Assembly (NCBI GenBank): GCA_012519635.1
Contig: JAAYPV010000101.1
Location: forward strand, 28 to 64,027
Length of the DNA stretch: 64,000 nt
Source: Clostridiales bacterium
Lineage (GTDB): Bacteria > Bacillota > Clostridia > Oscillospirales > Ruminococcaceae
Direction: 5' to 3'
Each line of letters opens with the position of its first letter. Positions within the stretch are counted from its first letter, which is position 1. Below the pieces are notes generated by a model. It worked only from the letters and a program-made list of their open reading frames with translations, was not told the origin of the DNA and searched no databases. Positions 33,149 through 43,604 of this stretch are shown piece after piece. A program made the translations under genes and the position numbers.

Positions 33149-33720
33149 TGGAAACAAAATCAATAATGATAGTAGGAGTAGGTGGACAGGGTTCATTGCT
33201 TGCATCGAGGATTTTAGGAAATGTTCTGTTATCACAAGGCATTGAGGTTAAGGTAAGTGAAGTACATGGAATGTCTCAGCGTGGTGGTTCAGTTGTTACA
33301 TATGTAAAATATGGAGAAAAGGTATATTCACCTGTAATTGAAAAGGGTGAGGCTGATGTTATAGTTGCTTTTGAGCTGCTTGAGGGAGCGAGATATGTTT
33401 CTTATCTTAAAAAGAATGGGCACTTGGTCGTATCTACACAGCAGATTGACCCAATGCCTGTTATAACGGGTGCTGCACAGTATCCTTCAGATATCATTGA
33501 GAAAATAAAGGCTTTGGATATAGATGTAATTCCTGTTGATGCTTTAAGCCTTGCTGAAGAGGCTGGAAATCCAAAGGCATCTAATGTTGTTATGATGGGT
33601 GTATTATCAACTAAAATGGGATTTGATGAAAGCATATGGGAAAAGGCTTTAGAGGAATGTGTCCCTGCAAAGTTCTTGGAATTAAATAAAAAGGCTTTTG
33701 AGCTTGGAAGGAATATGTAA
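33148..33720 (+). CDS. iorB: Indolepyruvate:ferredoxin oxidoreductase beta subunit
   Basis: IMIVGVGGQGSLLASRILG N-terminus and HGMSQRGGSV motif. TAATG overlap with iorA. Confidence 0.9.
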   Translation: METKSIMIVGVGGQGSLLASRILGNVLLSQGIEVKVSEVHGMSQRGGSVVTYVKYGEKVYSPVIEKGEADVIVAFELLEGARYVSYLKKNGHLVVSTQQIDPMPVITGAAQYPSDIIEKIKALDIDVIPVDALSLAEEAGNPKASNVVMMGVLSTKMGFDESIWEKALEECVPAKFLELNKKAFELGRNM

Positions 33721-33740
33721 AAACATATTTGGAGTGACAC

Positions 33741-34082
33741 ATGATGAAATATGAGTGGCTTGATGAATATTGCACAAGCAAAAAGGGTGTTGTGAAGGAT
33801 TTTAAAGTTGAATGGCAAGTAGTGCGATATATGCTTAATGGAAAAATGTTTGCAATGCAGGGTGGAGATAAATATGGTAAGCAGATAATCACTTTAAAGC
33901 TAGAACCACTTTTTGGTGAACTTCTAAGAAAGCAATATAAAGATATTATTCCTGGTTATTATATGAATAAGGTGCATTGGAATTCAGTTTATCTTGCTGG
34001 GGAAGTGCCGGACGATGTTTTGAGGGATATGATTGATGAGTCATATTTATTAGTATTTAAATCACTCAGTAAAAAAGCATAG
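33741..34082 (+). CDS. MmcQ/YjbR-family protein
   Basis: MNKVHWNSVYLAGEVPDDVLRDMIDESY aligns with E. coli YjbR LNKAHWSTVYLDGSLPD. Confidence 0.8.
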   Translation: MMKYEWLDEYCTSKKGVVKDFKVEWQVVRYMLNGKMFAMQGGDKYGKQIITLKLEPLFGELLRKQYKDIIPGYYMNKVHWNSVYLAGEVPDDVLRDMIDESYLLVFKSLSKKA

Positions 34083-34123
34083 AGCGAAATATTAGCATAA
34101 AAATTTGAAATAAGGAATATAAT

Positions 34124-34431
34124 ATGGAGTTTAAGAATGTATCTGTAATTAAAAAAGCAAATGTTTACTTTGATGGAAGGGTTACGAGTAGAACGATACT
34201 TTTCCCTAATGGCGAAAAGAAAACATTAGGCTTTATGCTTGCGGGTAATTATGAGTTAACACAGACACTGAGGAGTTTATGGAAGTTATAGGTGGAGAGA
34301 TGGATATAATGTTAAAGGGAGAAAACGAATACAAAACCTATGCGGAGGGTGAAAGCTTTATTGTGCCTGAGAACTCAAGCTTTAAAATTATAGTTAAAAC
34401 TTATGCTGATTATTGTTGCTCATATAAATAA
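34124..34431 (+). pseudogene. ppnP: Pyrimidine/purine nucleoside phosphorylase PpnP (DUF1255) interrupted by a -1 frameshift
   Basis: Frame A: [44 protein letters not shown], then stop at 34289-34291. Frame B continues [57 protein letters not shown] to the stop at 34429-34431. Restoring one base at about 34256-34258 (gagtt-aac to gagttTaac) gives a colinear match to E. coli PpnP. Confidence 0.8.
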
Positions 34432-34449
34432 AATTAAGGGGGAATACAT

Positions 34450-35754
34450 TTGGTAGGTTATTGGAACGCATCAATTGAATGTGCAACAAGAGGTGAAATT
34501 AAAGCACTTCAAAGCTTTAGGTTATCGCAAACAGTTAGGCGAGTTTATGAGAAGGTGCCATATTATAGGAATAAGATGGACGAATTAGGTGTTAAGCCTG
34601 AGGATATTACATCAGTAGATGATTTGCATAAGCTCCCTTTTACAGTAAAACAGGACTTGCGTGATACATATCCTTATGGACTTTTTGCTGTTCCCACGGA
34701 AGAAGTTGTAAGAGTTCATGCATCCTCTGGTACAACAGGTAAGCAGATAGTTGTAGGCTATACTGAAAATGATATCAAGCTATGGCAGGAATGTTGCGCA
34801 AGAGCAATAACTGCTGCTGGTGGAACTAAGAAAGATTTTATGCATGTTTCATATGGATATGGATTGTTTACAGGTGGTTTAGGTCTGCACTATGGCGCAG
34901 AAGAGGTAGGAATGACAGTAATTCCAGTATCCGTAGGAAATACACAAAGGCAGATTACTATTATAAAGGATTTTGGCTCAACATTTATTTGCTGTACCCC
35001 ATCCTATGCTTTATATCTTGCTGAAACAATGGCAGAAATGGGTATTACAAAGGATGATATAAAACTAAAAGCAGGTATTTTGGGAGCAGAGCCTTGGACA
35101 GAAGAAATGCGTCAGGAGATACAGGATAAGCTAGGCATAAAGGCTTATGATATCTATGGCTTATCTGAAATTATTGGTCCTGGTGTATCTTTTGAATGTT
35201 CAGAGCAGACAGGAATGCATATAAATGAAGATCATTTTATACCTGAAATAATTGACCCTGATACTGGTAAGGTTCTACCTGAGGGAGAACAGGGTGAGCT
35301 TGTATTTACATGTATAACAAAAGAGGCGTTCCCACTTCTAAGATATAGAACAAGGGATATTGCAGTTTTAACAAGAGAGAAATGCTCCTGCGGAAGAACA
35401 CTTGTAAAGATGTTAAAACCAGCGGGCCGTACTGATGATATGCTTATTATTAGGGGAGTTAATGTATTCCCATCACAGATTGAGAGTGTGTTGTTAAAAC
35501 TTGGAAATACTGCACCTCATTATCAGTTGATTGTTGATAGGGTAAATAATACTGATACGTTGGAAGTACAGGTCGAGATTTCACAGGAAATGTTCTCAGA
35601 TACTGTAAGAAATATTGAGGACCAAGAGCAGATTATCAAATCAGAAATTGAGTCCACACTTGGAATTTCTGCTAAAATACGCTTGGTTGAACCTAAAACC
35701 ATAGCTCGTTCAGAGGGCAAGGCAGTAAGGGTTATCGACAAAAGGAAAAAGTAA
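34450..35754 (+). CDS. paaK: Phenylacetate-CoA ligase family (PaaK-like), paralog 2
   Basis: [28 protein letters not shown] and [20 protein letters not shown] motifs. TTG start after GGGGGA. By eye roughly half the residues are identical to paralog 1. Confidence 0.86.
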   Translation: MVGYWNASIECATRGEIKALQSFRLSQTVRRVYEKVPYYRNKMDELGVKPEDITSVDDLHKLPFTVKQDLRDTYPYGLFAVPTEEVVRVHASSGTTGKQIVVGYTENDIKLWQECCARAITAAGGTKKDFMHVSYGYGLFTGGLGLHYGAEEVGMTVIPVSVGNTQRQITIIKDFGSTFICCTPSYALYLAETMAEMGITKDDIKLKAGILGAEPWTEEMRQEIQDKLGIKAYDIYGLSEIIGPGVSFECSEQTGMHINEDHFIPEIIDPDTGKVLPEGEQGELVFTCITKEAFPLLRYRTRDIAVLTREKCSCGRTLVKMLKPAGRTDDMLIIRGVNVFPSQIESVLLKLGNTAPHYQLIVDRVNNTDTLEVQVEISQEMFSDTVRNIEDQEQIIKSEIESTLGISAKIRLVEPKTIARSEGKAVRVIDKRKK

Positions 35755-35792
35755 TACTGATATATAATTATTAGTGATTTATAAGTAAAAGG

Positions 35793-35828
35793 AACCCATA
35801 GGTTTTTGAATAGCCTATGGGTTTTTTG
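35793..35828 (+). terminator. Rho-independent terminator after paaK paralog 2
   Basis: Perfect 10-bp stem aacccatagg / cctatgggtt, followed by ttttg. Confidence 0.8.
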
Positions 35829-35926
35829 TCCACATTTTCAGAGTGTATTTTGGTGCATTGAATACTTTATATACGGTTGCCAATACTTTTTATAGTGTTA
35901 GATTATATAAAAAGGGTGAAAATTAT

Positions 35927-37504
35927 ATGTATAAAAGGTTAACTATTTTGTCAATTATTTTCTTGGCGTTATTCTCCACCTTATATATGCGAACATATGT
36001 TATTATGAATACAGAAGAATATAAGCAGGCAGTTCGCAATCAAGGCAAATATACACTAAATGTAGGTGGAGTTAATGGAAATATTTATGATTGCAATTTT
36101 AAGCTATTGAACAATAATACCTATGAGTATTTGGCTGCAATAAATCCTACCTCTGATGCTATTAAGGAGGTATTGCCATATGTAAAGGATCGAAATGATT
36201 TTTATAATAAATTAAAGTATGAAGCGCCATTTGTATGTGCTGTTGATAAGGATTCGTTTGAGTGTGAAGATATAACTGTGTTTAAAGTGCCTGTAAGAAC
36301 AGCTGAAAATCAATTGGCGCAGCATATTATTGGATACACTCAAAATGGAGTGGGAGTAACTGGTATTGAGTTATCCTTTGATAAATTTTTAAGGTCAATT
36401 GAGAGCAAGAACAAAGTAATCTACAATATTGACGGAACTGGAAGCGTGCTTAACGGAAAGGAAAAGATGGTAGAGTATGCTAAGGAAATAAGGGCAGGTA
36501 TTGTAACTACAATAGATGCGGATATTCAGGAAATTTGTGAAAATGCAGCTAAGGATATGGCAAAGGGTTCTGTTGTGGTTATGGATGTGAAAACTGGTGA
36601 AATAAGAGCAATGTTAAGCAAGCCAGATTATAGTGTAAATCATCTGGAGAAGGCACTTGCCTCAGAGGATTCACCATTAATAAACAGACCCTTATATGCT
36701 TATAATGTTGGCTCAATATTTAAGCTGGTTATAGCAGCAGAGGCTTTAAATGGTGGATTGAGTAAGAATTTCATGTATGAATGTACGGGTTCGATAGATG
36801 TTAATGGACAAATATTCAATTGCCATAAAAGAAATGGTCACGGGCATCAGGATATGGAGAATGCCATTATCAATTCATGCAACACATATTTTATTAATTT
36901 GGTACAATATATTGATACCGAGAGACTATGGAATATGTCGAACATCCTAGGGTTTGGCAGGGAAACAGTTTTAGCTAACAATATAGTAGCATCTAGTGGA
37001 AACCTTCCGTCAGTTTCTGATTTAAGTATTCCTGCTGAGAAGAGTAATTTTTCATTTGGACAGGGGAAATTACTTTCAACACCTGTTCAGATTACCACAC
37101 TTACATGTGCGATAGCTAATGGAGGGGATTTGCCAAAGGCTAAGCTTATAAGAGGAACGACAATGGATGGGAAAACAGTTGATAATGAAGCTGAAATTGT
37201 ATATACAAAAGCGTTTTCAACAGAGGTTGCCATAGCAATACAGGACTATATGATAGCGGCAATAAATGAAAATGAAGATTCAAATGCAAAGCCAGACAAC
37301 ATATTTGCTGCTGGGAAAACCTCAACAGCACAAACAGGCAGATATGATGAAAATGGAAAGGATATATGCCATGCGTGGATAACAGGCTTTTTCCCAGTTG
37401 CAAATCCTGAATATGCAGTTACAGTGCTTGTTGAGGACGGAGGATTTGGTAACGATGAGGCTGCACCGATATTTAAAAAAATTGCAGATGGTATTTATAA
37501 ATAG
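35927..37504 (+). CDS. Class B penicillin-binding protein (PBP2/SpoVD-like transpeptidase, no PASTA domains)
   Basis: N-terminal TM anchor, SxxK (GSIFKL), SxN (NSCN). The third motif reads KTS (AAGKTSTAQTG) instead of KTG. ATG 35927 after AAGGGTGA. Confidence 0.85.
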   Translation: MYKRLTILSIIFLALFSTLYMRTYVIMNTEEYKQAVRNQGKYTLNVGGVNGNIYDCNFKLLNNNTYEYLAAINPTSDAIKEVLPYVKDRNDFYNKLKYEAPFVCAVDKDSFECEDITVFKVPVRTAENQLAQHIIGYTQNGVGVTGIELSFDKFLRSIESKNKVIYNIDGTGSVLNGKEKMVEYAKEIRAGIVTTIDADIQEICENAAKDMAKGSVVVMDVKTGEIRAMLSKPDYSVNHLEKALASEDSPLINRPLYAYNVGSIFKLVIAAEALNGGLSKNFMYECTGSIDVNGQIFNCHKRNGHGHQDMENAIINSCNTYFINLVQYIDTERLWNMSNILGFGRETVLANNIVASSGNLPSVSDLSIPAEKSNFSFGQGKLLSTPVQITTLTCAIANGGDLPKAKLIRGTTMDGKTVDNEAEIVYTKAFSTEVAIAIQDYMIAAINENEDSNAKPDNIFAAGKTSTAQTGRYDENGKDICHAWITGFFPVANPEYAVTVLVEDGGFGNDEAAPIFKKIADGIYK

Positions 37505-37525
37505 CATAAAATATTGTAAAATTAG

Positions 37526-37554
37526 TTGAATTTTTTTTATGGTTGTGGTACAAT
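37526..37554 (+). promoter_or_regulatory. Sigma-A promoter with extended -10 for the GH26 gene
   Basis: TTGAAT (37526-37531), 17 nt, TGgTACAAT (37546-37554). Confidence 0.55.
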
Positions 37555-37598
37555 TTAAAGGAGTTAATTGAATGAAAAAGGATATGGGAGGAAGTTGT

Positions 37599-39617
37599 AT
37601 GTTTAAAAGACTTAGCAAGAAAATTACTTCTATTATAACTGCCACAGCTCTTGTTTTTATAAACACCTTAACAGCAATGCCTATAAATCCCGTTTTTGCT
37701 GATGAGGGTATAAAGTATGAATTTGAGGAGGGTAATTTAGATAATTGCAAAGCTGAAAGCTGGACAGTTATTGATGAAAGTGTAAAGGGTAATCCATGTG
37801 ATATTTCGGATTGGTCAGGTACAGGCTTTGCCTATATTGAACAAAAGGGCAGTGCTGTTACAATACCTGTTACAGTTGAAAAAGATGGGCTTTATGAGAT
37901 AATCATTCGTTATTGTCAACCCTTTGACCCTGTAAAGAAGGTGCAATACCTAAATGTGAATAATGTTAATCAGGGGGAAGTCAGTTTTCCGTTTTGTGAA
38001 AGCTTTAAGGAATTATCAGCTGGATATGTAAAATTAAATGCTGGACAAAATGCTATACAAATAAAGGCATACTGGGGATATACGCTTTTTGATTATCTAA
38101 TTGTAAAAGAAGCTGATGAAAGCATTGTAAATTTAAAGCCTACAAGAACACTTGTAAATAGCAATGCAAGTGATTCTACAAAAAGATTATATAATTACCT
38201 CTGTGATATATATGGAAAGCATATTTTAGCTGGACAACAGGAATATTGCGGTTCACACAATTATAATTATTCTGATAGTGAGCTTACCGATAATGAAAGT
38301 GAATTTGAATATATTTTAGAAACAACAGGAAAGCAGGTTGCAGTAAGAGGTTTTGACTTTTTAAATTATAATACTACCTCATACTGGGATGACCATGCTG
38401 CCGAGAGAATTGTAGAGTGGGTTAATAAGGTTGGAGGTATTGCAACACTTTGTTATCATTGGGGGGTGCCAAATGATGAGGGTAATGCAAAATTCTATTA
38501 TAAATCAGATGCTTATCCTGATGGAACAACATTTAGTGTTACAAAGGCATTGCAAGAGGGTACAGAAGAAAATGCAATTATAATGGCGGATATAGAACTT
38601 TTAGCATCAAAGTTAAAAATACTTCAAGATGCAGATGTACCTGTTTTATTCAGACCACTTCATGAGGCGGAGGGAGCATGGTTTTGGTGGGGAGCAGAAG
38701 GTCCAGAGGCCTGCAAACAGCTTTATTACCTATTATATGACCAGTTAACAAATGTATATGGACTTGATAATCTTATCTGGGTATGGACGGGATATACATT
38801 CCAAACATCACCTGACTGGTATCCGGGAGATGAGTATGTTGATATTATAGGTTATGATAAATATAATGCATATGATGGAATGCCTAATTTATCATCAATT
38901 TCATCTACATTCTATAATCTTGTAGCAAGCACAAATGGTAAGAAGATGGTAACTATGTCTGAAAACGACTCAATTCCATCACTTGAAAATTTGATTAATG
39001 ATGGTGCAGCATGGCTTTGGTTCTGTCCATGGTATAACTATTATTTGATGAGTGAAACTGTAAATCCCAAAGAGAATCTCATAGAAATATACAATAGCGA
39101 TTATTGTATAACACTTGATGAATTGCCAGATTTAAAGACATATCCATTAGATGGTTATGGAAATGATGAAACTACTCCAAGTGAAGATGAAACAACAACT
39201 GTGGAAGTCAGCACAAGTGATGAGGTTTCTTCTGTAACTGAAACTTCGGAGGTAACCAGTACTGAGTCCACACCCTCTGAAGGCACTGGTAGTAGTGATA
39301 TTGTTACCACTATTAGTTCTGATATTACTACTACTGAAACTTCTGCAACGGAGGAGACAGAAGTAACTGAAACATCATCTATTATATTTGTACCTGAATA
39401 TGGGGATGTTAATTTGGACGGCAGTATTTCAATTACAGATATTATAGAATTGAATAAATATTTTGTAGGAACAGTACGATTTGATGAAAGGCAAAGGGAA
39501 AATGCAGACTGTGTTCATGATGGTAAAATCGGAATGGACGATGCAATGGCAATTGCACAATATTTATGCGGCAAAATGGATAAATCTGATTTAGGCAAAA
39601 CAAGCTCAAAAAGTTAA
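37599..39617 (+). CDS. Secreted endo-beta-1,4-mannanase: CBM6/35-like module, GH26 catalytic domain, T/S/E linker, dockerin
   Basis: Signal peptide MFKRLSKKITSIITATALVFINTLTAMPINPVFA. GH26 hallmark LFRPLHEAEGAWFWWG. Linker TTPSEDETTTVEVSTSDE.... Dockerin YGDVNLDGSISITDIIELNKYF...ENADCVHDGKIGMDDAMAIAQYL. An alternative ATG at 37572 has an AAGGAG SD but would fall at the predicted transcription start. Confidence 0.88.
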   Translation: MFKRLSKKITSIITATALVFINTLTAMPINPVFADEGIKYEFEEGNLDNCKAESWTVIDESVKGNPCDISDWSGTGFAYIEQKGSAVTIPVTVEKDGLYEIIIRYCQPFDPVKKVQYLNVNNVNQGEVSFPFCESFKELSAGYVKLNAGQNAIQIKAYWGYTLFDYLIVKEADESIVNLKPTRTLVNSNASDSTKRLYNYLCDIYGKHILAGQQEYCGSHNYNYSDSELTDNESEFEYILETTGKQVAVRGFDFLNYNTTSYWDDHAAERIVEWVNKVGGIATLCYHWGVPNDEGNAKFYYKSDAYPDGTTFSVTKALQEGTEENAIIMADIELLASKLKILQDADVPVLFRPLHEAEGAWFWWGAEGPEACKQLYYLLYDQLTNVYGLDNLIWVWTGYTFQTSPDWYPGDEYVDIIGYDKYNAYDGMPNLSSISSTFYNLVASTNGKKMVTMSENDSIPSLENLINDGAAWLWFCPWYNYYLMSETVNPKENLIEIYNSDYCITLDELPDLKTYPLDGYGNDETTPSEDETTTVEVSTSDEVSSVTETSEVTSTESTPSEGTGSSDIVTTISSDITTTETSATEETEVTETSSIIFVPEYGDVNLDGSISITDIIELNKYFVGTVRFDERQRENADCVHDGKIGMDDAMAIAQYLCGKMDKSDLGKTSSKS

Positions 39618-39620
39618 AAA

Positions 39621-39657
39621 GCCCCTCCATGATATAAAAATCATGGAGGGTTACTTT
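39621..39657. terminator. Bidirectional terminator between the GH26 gene and convergent eno
   Basis: 11-bp stem ccctccatgat / atcatggaggg, with T-tracts on both strands. Confidence 0.8.
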
Positions 39658-39667
39658 TACAATAGAT

Positions 39668-40939
<1,272 letters not shown>

Positions 40940-41029
40940 CTATCCTTTTATTTTATTTATATTATAAACTGTAATAAGCTATTATATGTAAGATAGATAA
41001 ATAATAGAAAAATAAAATTTATTTAACTA

Positions 41030-41058
41030 TTGTCATTTATGAGCATTTTTATTATAAT
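41030..41058 (+). promoter_or_regulatory. Sigma-A promoter for the kinase-like gene
   Basis: TTGTCA (41030-41035), 17 nt, TATAAT (41053-41058). It lies inside the ORF-track 5' extension, which argues for the downstream TTG start. Confidence 0.55.
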
Positions 41059-41095
41059 ATTAAATATGTATACTAAACAAGGGAGTGAATATCAG

Positions 41096-42028
41096 TTGAA
41101 ATATATATCAGTGAATGAAATTAACAGGAATATTAATGAGAACAGGGACGAATTTATAAGAATGGTGGAGAGCAATTATCATAATCAGCTAAATGATATT
41201 GCGAAAAAGATAATGCTTGAAGACCATGAGAAGCCGGTGGTTTTAGTATCAGGTCCATCTGGCTCTGGAAAAACTACATCATCCTTAATAATAGAGAAAA
41301 GGCTTACAGAGGCTGGGCATAAAGCACAAACAATATCCCTTGATAATTATTTTTTGCCTAAGGATGCTAAGAATATGCCCTTTGATGAATATGGAAATAT
41401 TGATTTAGAATCACCAAGAAGGCTTGATATTGATTTATTACATAATCATATTAAAAAGCTGATAGATGGTGAAAGAATAGATATTCCTATTTTTGATTTT
41501 AAGACACAGATGAGAACCTCTTCAGTATCATTCAGACGAGAAAAAGGGCATGTAATTTTAATTGAGGGTATTCATGCACTAAATCCATCTGTAGTTGGAG
41601 AAGATGTTTCAGAACACACAATAAAAGTATATGTTAGTGTAAGAACTCGAATAAGGTGCAATGATGGTACAATAATTCACCCAAGAAAAATTCGTTTGAT
41701 GAGAAGACTTATAAGGGATAAAATGTTTCGTGGAAGAAGGCTAGAAGAGATTTTTGATATGTTTAAAAGTGTATCAAGAGGAGAAGATTTATATATTATG
41801 CCTTATAAGAAAAGGGCTGATTTTGATATTGATACATTCATATCATATGAGCCATCTGCATATAAGAATGTTCTACTTAATGATTTATTAACAATAGAGA
41901 GTGGGTATCAAGAATCAGAAGACTATAAAATGATTATTCAACTTTTATCAGAAATTAGTTCAATCCCAATAGAAATTATTGATAATATGTCTTTAATAAG
42001 GGAATTTATTGGTGGAGGCTCTTTATAA
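41096..42028 (+). CDS. Uridine-kinase/phosphoribulokinase-family P-loop nucleoside kinase-like protein
   Basis: Walker A VLVSGPSGSGKTTSS, ISLDNYF, ILIEGIHALNP. TTG 41096 after GGGAGTGA. Confidence 0.75.
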   Translation: MKYISVNEINRNINENRDEFIRMVESNYHNQLNDIAKKIMLEDHEKPVVLVSGPSGSGKTTSSLIIEKRLTEAGHKAQTISLDNYFLPKDAKNMPFDEYGNIDLESPRRLDIDLLHNHIKKLIDGERIDIPIFDFKTQMRTSSVSFRREKGHVILIEGIHALNPSVVGEDVSEHTIKVYVSVRTRIRCNDGTIIHPRKIRLMRRLIRDKMFRGRRLEEIFDMFKSVSRGEDLYIMPYKKRADFDIDTFISYEPSAYKNVLLNDLLTIESGYQESEDYKMIIQLLSEISSIPIEIIDNMSLIREFIGGGSL

Positions 42029-42047
42029 TAAAAGAGCCTCTTATTTT
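42015..42047. terminator. Bidirectional hairpin between convergent genes
   Basis: Perfect 10-bp stem gaggctcttt / aaagagcctc spanning the kinase stop codon, followed by ttatttta. Confidence 0.7.
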
Positions 42048-42288
42048 ATGAAAAATCATTTTCCGAATAATTAAGCTCAATTACACGCCAATTACAATTT
42101 AGTTTATCGAATATTGAGCCTTTATAAAAGCGTTTAGCAGATTTTTTATGAGCAAATTTTCTTGCAATATCCTTAGAATAAATTGCAACATTTTTTGTGC
42201 GCACATATCTGGTTTCGTGATTTAATTCAACTTCTATAATAAAGGTTTTAAGTTCATCTCCATAATAATCCTTCATTTTGTTCACCAT
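42046..42288 (-). CDS. Small basic hypothetical protein (80 aa), translationally coupled to the epimerase gene
   Basis: Its ATG shares one base with the upstream TAA (TAATG). I recognise no family. Confidence 0.55.
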   Translation of the reverse strand: MVNKMKDYYGDELKTFIIEVELNHETRYVRTKNVAIYSKDIARKFAHKKSAKRFYKGSIFDKLNCNWRVIELNYSENDFS

Positions 42289-43313
42289 TACAAGAGTTTT
42301 TCTTTTATATTGTTGATAGCTTTATCCAGTTCGCTGATTACAATATCGCACCATTTATCGAATTCAGGGTCAGCAATCTGCAGCTCCGGATGCGCAAACA
42401 TATAATCAATAGTTTCCTTTATACCCTGATCAAACCTTTTTGTAGCAATGAAGTCCGGAACGAGTCTTTTTATTTTGCTATTATCAAATATAAGAGAGTT
42501 TGATTTATCCCCAATTAAGCTGCCCTTAAAATTACCTTCACTGCACTTATCCAAAAATTCAGATGAAACATGTACAGCATTTAAGGTAACTCCCAAAGCA
42601 TTTGCAACGCTGGTATAAATCTGGTTCCATGTAAGAACCTCATCCGATGTTATGTGGACAGTTTCACCAATGGCATGAGGATTGCCCATAAGTCCAATAA
42701 AGGCTTTAGCAAAATCAGAGCTATGTGTCAATGTCCATAATGAAGTACCATCTCCGTGAATTATAACAGGCTTGCCCTCAAGCATACGCTTTATAACCTG
42801 CCAACTGCCATTATTCCCATGCACAGCAAAGGGGATATATCTTTCAGAATAAGTGTGGCTTGGTCTTATTATGGTAACAGGAAAACCAGTTTTCCTATAT
42901 AAATCTATTAATTTTTCTTCACAAGCAATTTTATTCATTGAGTAATCCCAGTATGGATTAGAAAGTGTAGTTCCTTCACTTACTCTGTAATCAGAAGGTG
43001 GTTTATGGTATACAGAAGCAGAACTGATGAAAATAAACTGCTTAGTTTTACTGCTAAAAAGACGATAATCTCGTTCAACCTGAGAAGGAACAAAAGCAAT
43101 GAAATCAGCTACAACATCAAAGGTCATATCTTTTATTATTTCAAAAACCTTTGTTTCATCATTAATATCGCATACAAGGTTTATAGCACCTTCTGGCAAT
43201 ATATTATTGAGGTTTCCTCTGTTTAAAAGGTATAGTTCATATCCTTCGCTGATTAATTGCGTAGAAATTGAAGAGCTTATTACTCCTGTACCACCTATAA
43301 ATAACACTTTCAT
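42288..43313 (-). CDS. NAD-dependent epimerase/dehydratase family (extended SDR)
   Basis: MKVLFIGGTGVISSS Rossmann motif and catalytic YSMNK (YxxxK). ATG 43313 after AAGGAGA. Confidence 0.85.
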   Translation of the reverse strand: MKVLFIGGTGVISSSISTQLISEGYELYLLNRGNLNNILPEGAINLVCDINDETKVFEIIKDMTFDVVADFIAFVPSQVERDYRLFSSKTKQFIFISSASVYHKPPSDYRVSEGTTLSNPYWDYSMNKIACEEKLIDLYRKTGFPVTIIRPSHTYSERYIPFAVHGNNGSWQVIKRMLEGKPVIIHGDGTSLWTLTHSSDFAKAFIGLMGNPHAIGETVHITSDEVLTWNQIYTSVANALGVTLNAVHVSSEFLDKCSEGNFKGSLIGDKSNSLIFDNSKIKRLVPDFIATKRFDQGIKETIDYMFAHPELQIADPEFDKWCDIVISELDKAINNIKEKLL

Positions 43314-43545
43314 GACATAATTCTCCTTAATATAGTAACATACTAATTTATACAATCAATTAAATTATAACATAAAAAATTCAGAAATCAATGGAAATTA
43401 AGTAAAGGATAAGACTGTTTAAAGAATAGTAACATTATTCATGATTTTTTCATATTTTATGATTATACTTATTGTATAAATTATTAAAAGGTTAATAAAT
43501 TACTATTATATATTGTTGGTAATTAATAAATATGCAGAGTGGCTG

Positions 43546-43573
43546 TTGACAAAACTCCTTTAAATGCTATAAT
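43546..43573 (+). promoter_or_regulatory. Near-consensus sigma-A promoter with extended -10 for the GH5 gene
   Basis: TTGACA (43546-43551), 16 nt, TGcTATAAT (43565-43573). Confidence 0.65.
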
Positions 43574-43604
43574 TTAAATAATATTAATGAAAAGGAGTTT
43601 TGAT

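Noticed and set aside
33402-33892. 138-aa and 93-aa minus-strand ORFs over iorB and the yjbR-like gene.
   Set aside because: They are antisense to well-supported genes, with no SD and no motif.
37322-37750. 142-aa minus-strand ORF spanning the PBP 3' end, the intergenic promoter and the GH26 5' end.
   Set aside because: It crosses a promoter region and overlaps two confident + strand genes, so it is a shadow ORF.
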